DNA from: Kudoa neothunni
Taxonomy: Eukaryota > Animalia > Cnidaria
Assembly: GCA_964304625.1 (NCBI GenBank)
Contig: OZ199838.1
Location: 13,552,802-13,616,801 of the forward strand
Length of the DNA stretch: 64,000 nucleotides
Direction: 5' to 3'
Shown here: in pieces, positions 61,557-64,000 of the stretch
Numbering within the stretch: position 1 is the first letter of the stretch
Layout of the letters: each line of letters opens with the position of its first letter
Made by a program: the position numbers and the translations under genes
Notes under the pieces: generated by a model
What the model was told of the DNA's origin: nothing
What the model saw: the letters and a program-made list of their open reading frames with translations, nothing else
The model's database searches: none

Positions 61557-64000
61557 TTATTCGTTATATAGAGGATTGACTTCCTTAATGTGAATAGATG
61601 AGATGATGATTTTAAAAAATTATACCTGCTGGAAACGTGGATCTTTAGTGGACTTTTTAAACTTTTTATATTGTGCCTTATCATATTGATATTTTATGAG
61701 CCAGGCAATGAACAGTAGAATCACGGAAGCTATTATGATACCTCCCACTACTATCAATATCAGGGTAATAGGACTTATAGGTGATTTACAATCTAAAATT
61801 TAATTTTAAGTATATTACCAACATCTACCTATAAATTTACCATTTTTTCTTATCAAGGTTTTTAATATTAATGGTTCGTTGGGTTTCTTCTTTGGTTTCC
61901 CCATCCACGATTGAGATTGAAAAGTAGAGGGCGCACTTTTTATGCGTAACCACACAGTTGTAGTCGTCAGTTGGTGTCTGGGTTGAGTCTATTTGGAAAT
62001 CGCCTAGTTCCTTGCATAATTCACATGGTGTCTTTTTAACAAATTTTTCATTGTAAACTTTGCATGCTACACACTTTTCATATTTGTTGCAAGTTTCGCC
62101 TTCTACCTAAAATAAACGAATTTATTCATTTGAAGAAGTGTGTGTTTGATGACTTCTATCTCACAAAACTGTCCAGGAGTAACCAAAATCACACACACAG
62201 TGGCCACATTCACATATACCTCTACCACTGCAAGCCTAAATAACAACAAATGTTCAAGATAGAAAATGAAAATAATTTATCGATTACGTATTCATCGTTT
62301 TCATGAGTGCATGTACTGTTCCACAATTCGTGATCGCAATTTCTTTGCTCACACACGTTTCCCGTGTATTGTGGTTCGCAGATGCATTCGCCACATTCGC
62401 AATGGCCTTGTGATTCGCCGCTACAAAACTCCTCCATTCCGGATTGACAGTTGGTGTTATCACATTCGCAGTACTTTCCCGAATAGATTGTGAAAACCGA
62501 ATCCCCGCACACACATTTGTTGCATTCACACTCACCAACACCACTACACAACAACCCTGGTTGGTCCCCAGGCTGCGAGCATTGACTAGTCGATTCATGA
62601 CAGCTGCAATCGGCTTCTGAATAAGCTTCATAGCAATGGCATTCGCCGCATATAAAATCTCCATTCGTTGAGCAGGACTCACTTTTAACTCATAAGATGG
62701 ATTCGTAGGCATGGAACAATCACATACACATCCAGTTGAGAGTATGAACTCAATTGTTCCCAAAGCCCACCATAGTGACCGTGTAATTTAATGGCGCATT
62801 GTCTGGATAACAATCCAACGCGGTGATAGTAATATCTATAGAGAGATTTCCAGTGTTTTTGCATTCCAAGGCTCCCGCTGATGTGAAACTTAAATTTTCA
62901 CAATTTGACCAAATTCTTATCTCTGTTAAGTCGTCTTTGTAGGGAGGAAGAACGTTTATTTGAGAGAGGGCTTCTTTTGAAGCTTCAATGATCGCTTGAA
63001 CAACGTCGTCAGCGCTCTCTAATAATTTGGCTTTTGATTTGATCTCACTAAGATCTTTGGATATTTGTTCGTAGTATTTCAGGATTGTAGCGTTTTTTAT
63101 GATGAATATTAGTTGAATATCATTTTTTTTCAACTCGGTCATCAACACGTTGTCATCAGGATAATCACGAAAATTTTGATATCCACCAAACTCATCCAGT
63201 TGACATTCGTTTATGTATTTCCTTATGATGCCCATGTTTCTGCCGTCCCCAGCTGTTTTTGGGAATTGATCAGTTGCAACAAATATTATTTTGGTCGATT
63301 GTCTGTATGGCATCCATCCTATTTGTTCTTTACAGGTTGCAGCTTGCAGTACTGATGTGTACACAGATTCAGGAAAGTCTATATTGCCATGGATTTTATC
63401 GTTTTTCAATTGATTCAACTTTTGTTGTAGGAAAATGTTGTCCCCAGTTAAAGAGATGTAATTTTCAAACTCATACTTGGCTGAGCTAAAAGTTTTTGCC
63501 AAATAATCAAGATCAAAAATGTACTAATAGACAAATACGATCTGGCTGGATAAAAGGATTTATCGTAAACTATTCCGATACCTATTCTTATTTGAGTAGC
63601 TCCGATTTCCTCAAAACTATCAACTATAACCTTTAAATTATCACATGTCAATCTTAGAAAGTACTTGTGGCAGAAATATCATCGACAATCTTATCCCGAA
63701 CAGGTTCCATCGAGGCAGAGCTGTCGATTAGGACGTAGATATCCAAAGGCAGAGACGTTGGAACAGTAATATTTGACTTTATTGATACGGTCATTCCTAT
63801 AAATTTGTATGTACATAATTATATGCACGTTAAATGAGAATAATTTATTTTTCACTGATTAAATAGTTATTTTACCAGGTTTCAAGTTATTGATCTGTAT
63901 TTTATATGGGATGATACTGGTTTTTTCTGTTGTAAAATTATTTAGTATCTATGTAATGAGTGATACTTACATATTTTATTTACACACATTATATACATTT
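61557..64000 (-). CDS. Integrin beta subunit, paralogue B (5' end outside the window; four 1-nt frameshifts as sequenced)
   Basis: PLDIYVLIDSSASM, GNIDFPES, CKEQIGW, AGDGR, EGF repeats, TM segment and tail EVNPLYNE*. Colinear with paralogue A. Frameshifts at ~62760, ~62685, ~62176 and ~61845. Confidence 0.85.

Noticed and set aside
1-64000. CRISPR arrays, rRNA genes, operon-type systems
   Set aside because: No regularly spaced repeat-spacer array or rRNA-like sequence was seen, and the window is eukaryotic.

Overview
AT-rich eukaryotic (animal) genomic DNA with very short GT-AG introns (mostly about 34-72 nt), highly divergent proteins and TE-filled spacers. This combination suggests a myxozoan-type parasitic cnidarian (inference only). 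Genes spliced by hand: RPS4 (-), RRM2 (+), GTF3C6-like (-; not recognisable from the ORF track), NDUFA12 (+), SIN1/MAPKAP1 (-), PRIMPOL (-), TAF1 (+), RPS16 (-), an alpha-like soluble guanylate cyclase (-) and two tandem integrin beta paralogues (-; the second runs off the window end). Mobile DNA: two Merlin/IS1595-like elements with TIRs and 9-bp TSDs nested in a piggyBac-like element, plus piggyBac, hAT and pogo/Tigger remnants, several MITE families and a tRNA-like SINE. Main leads: (1) a decayed MRPS25-like mitoribosomal gene and a second interrupted gene with a mitochondrial-targeting-like N-terminus, in the same window as an intact NDUFA12, possibly a snapshot of mitochondrial gene erosion; (2) two head-to-head gene pairs whose start codons are only 38 and 33 bp apart and share a GGTTAATC motif; (3) 11 consecutive introns absent from one integrin paralogue; (4) integrins with truncated tails and no ADMIDAS aspartates or specificity loop. 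All homology calls come from remembered motifs, not database searches.
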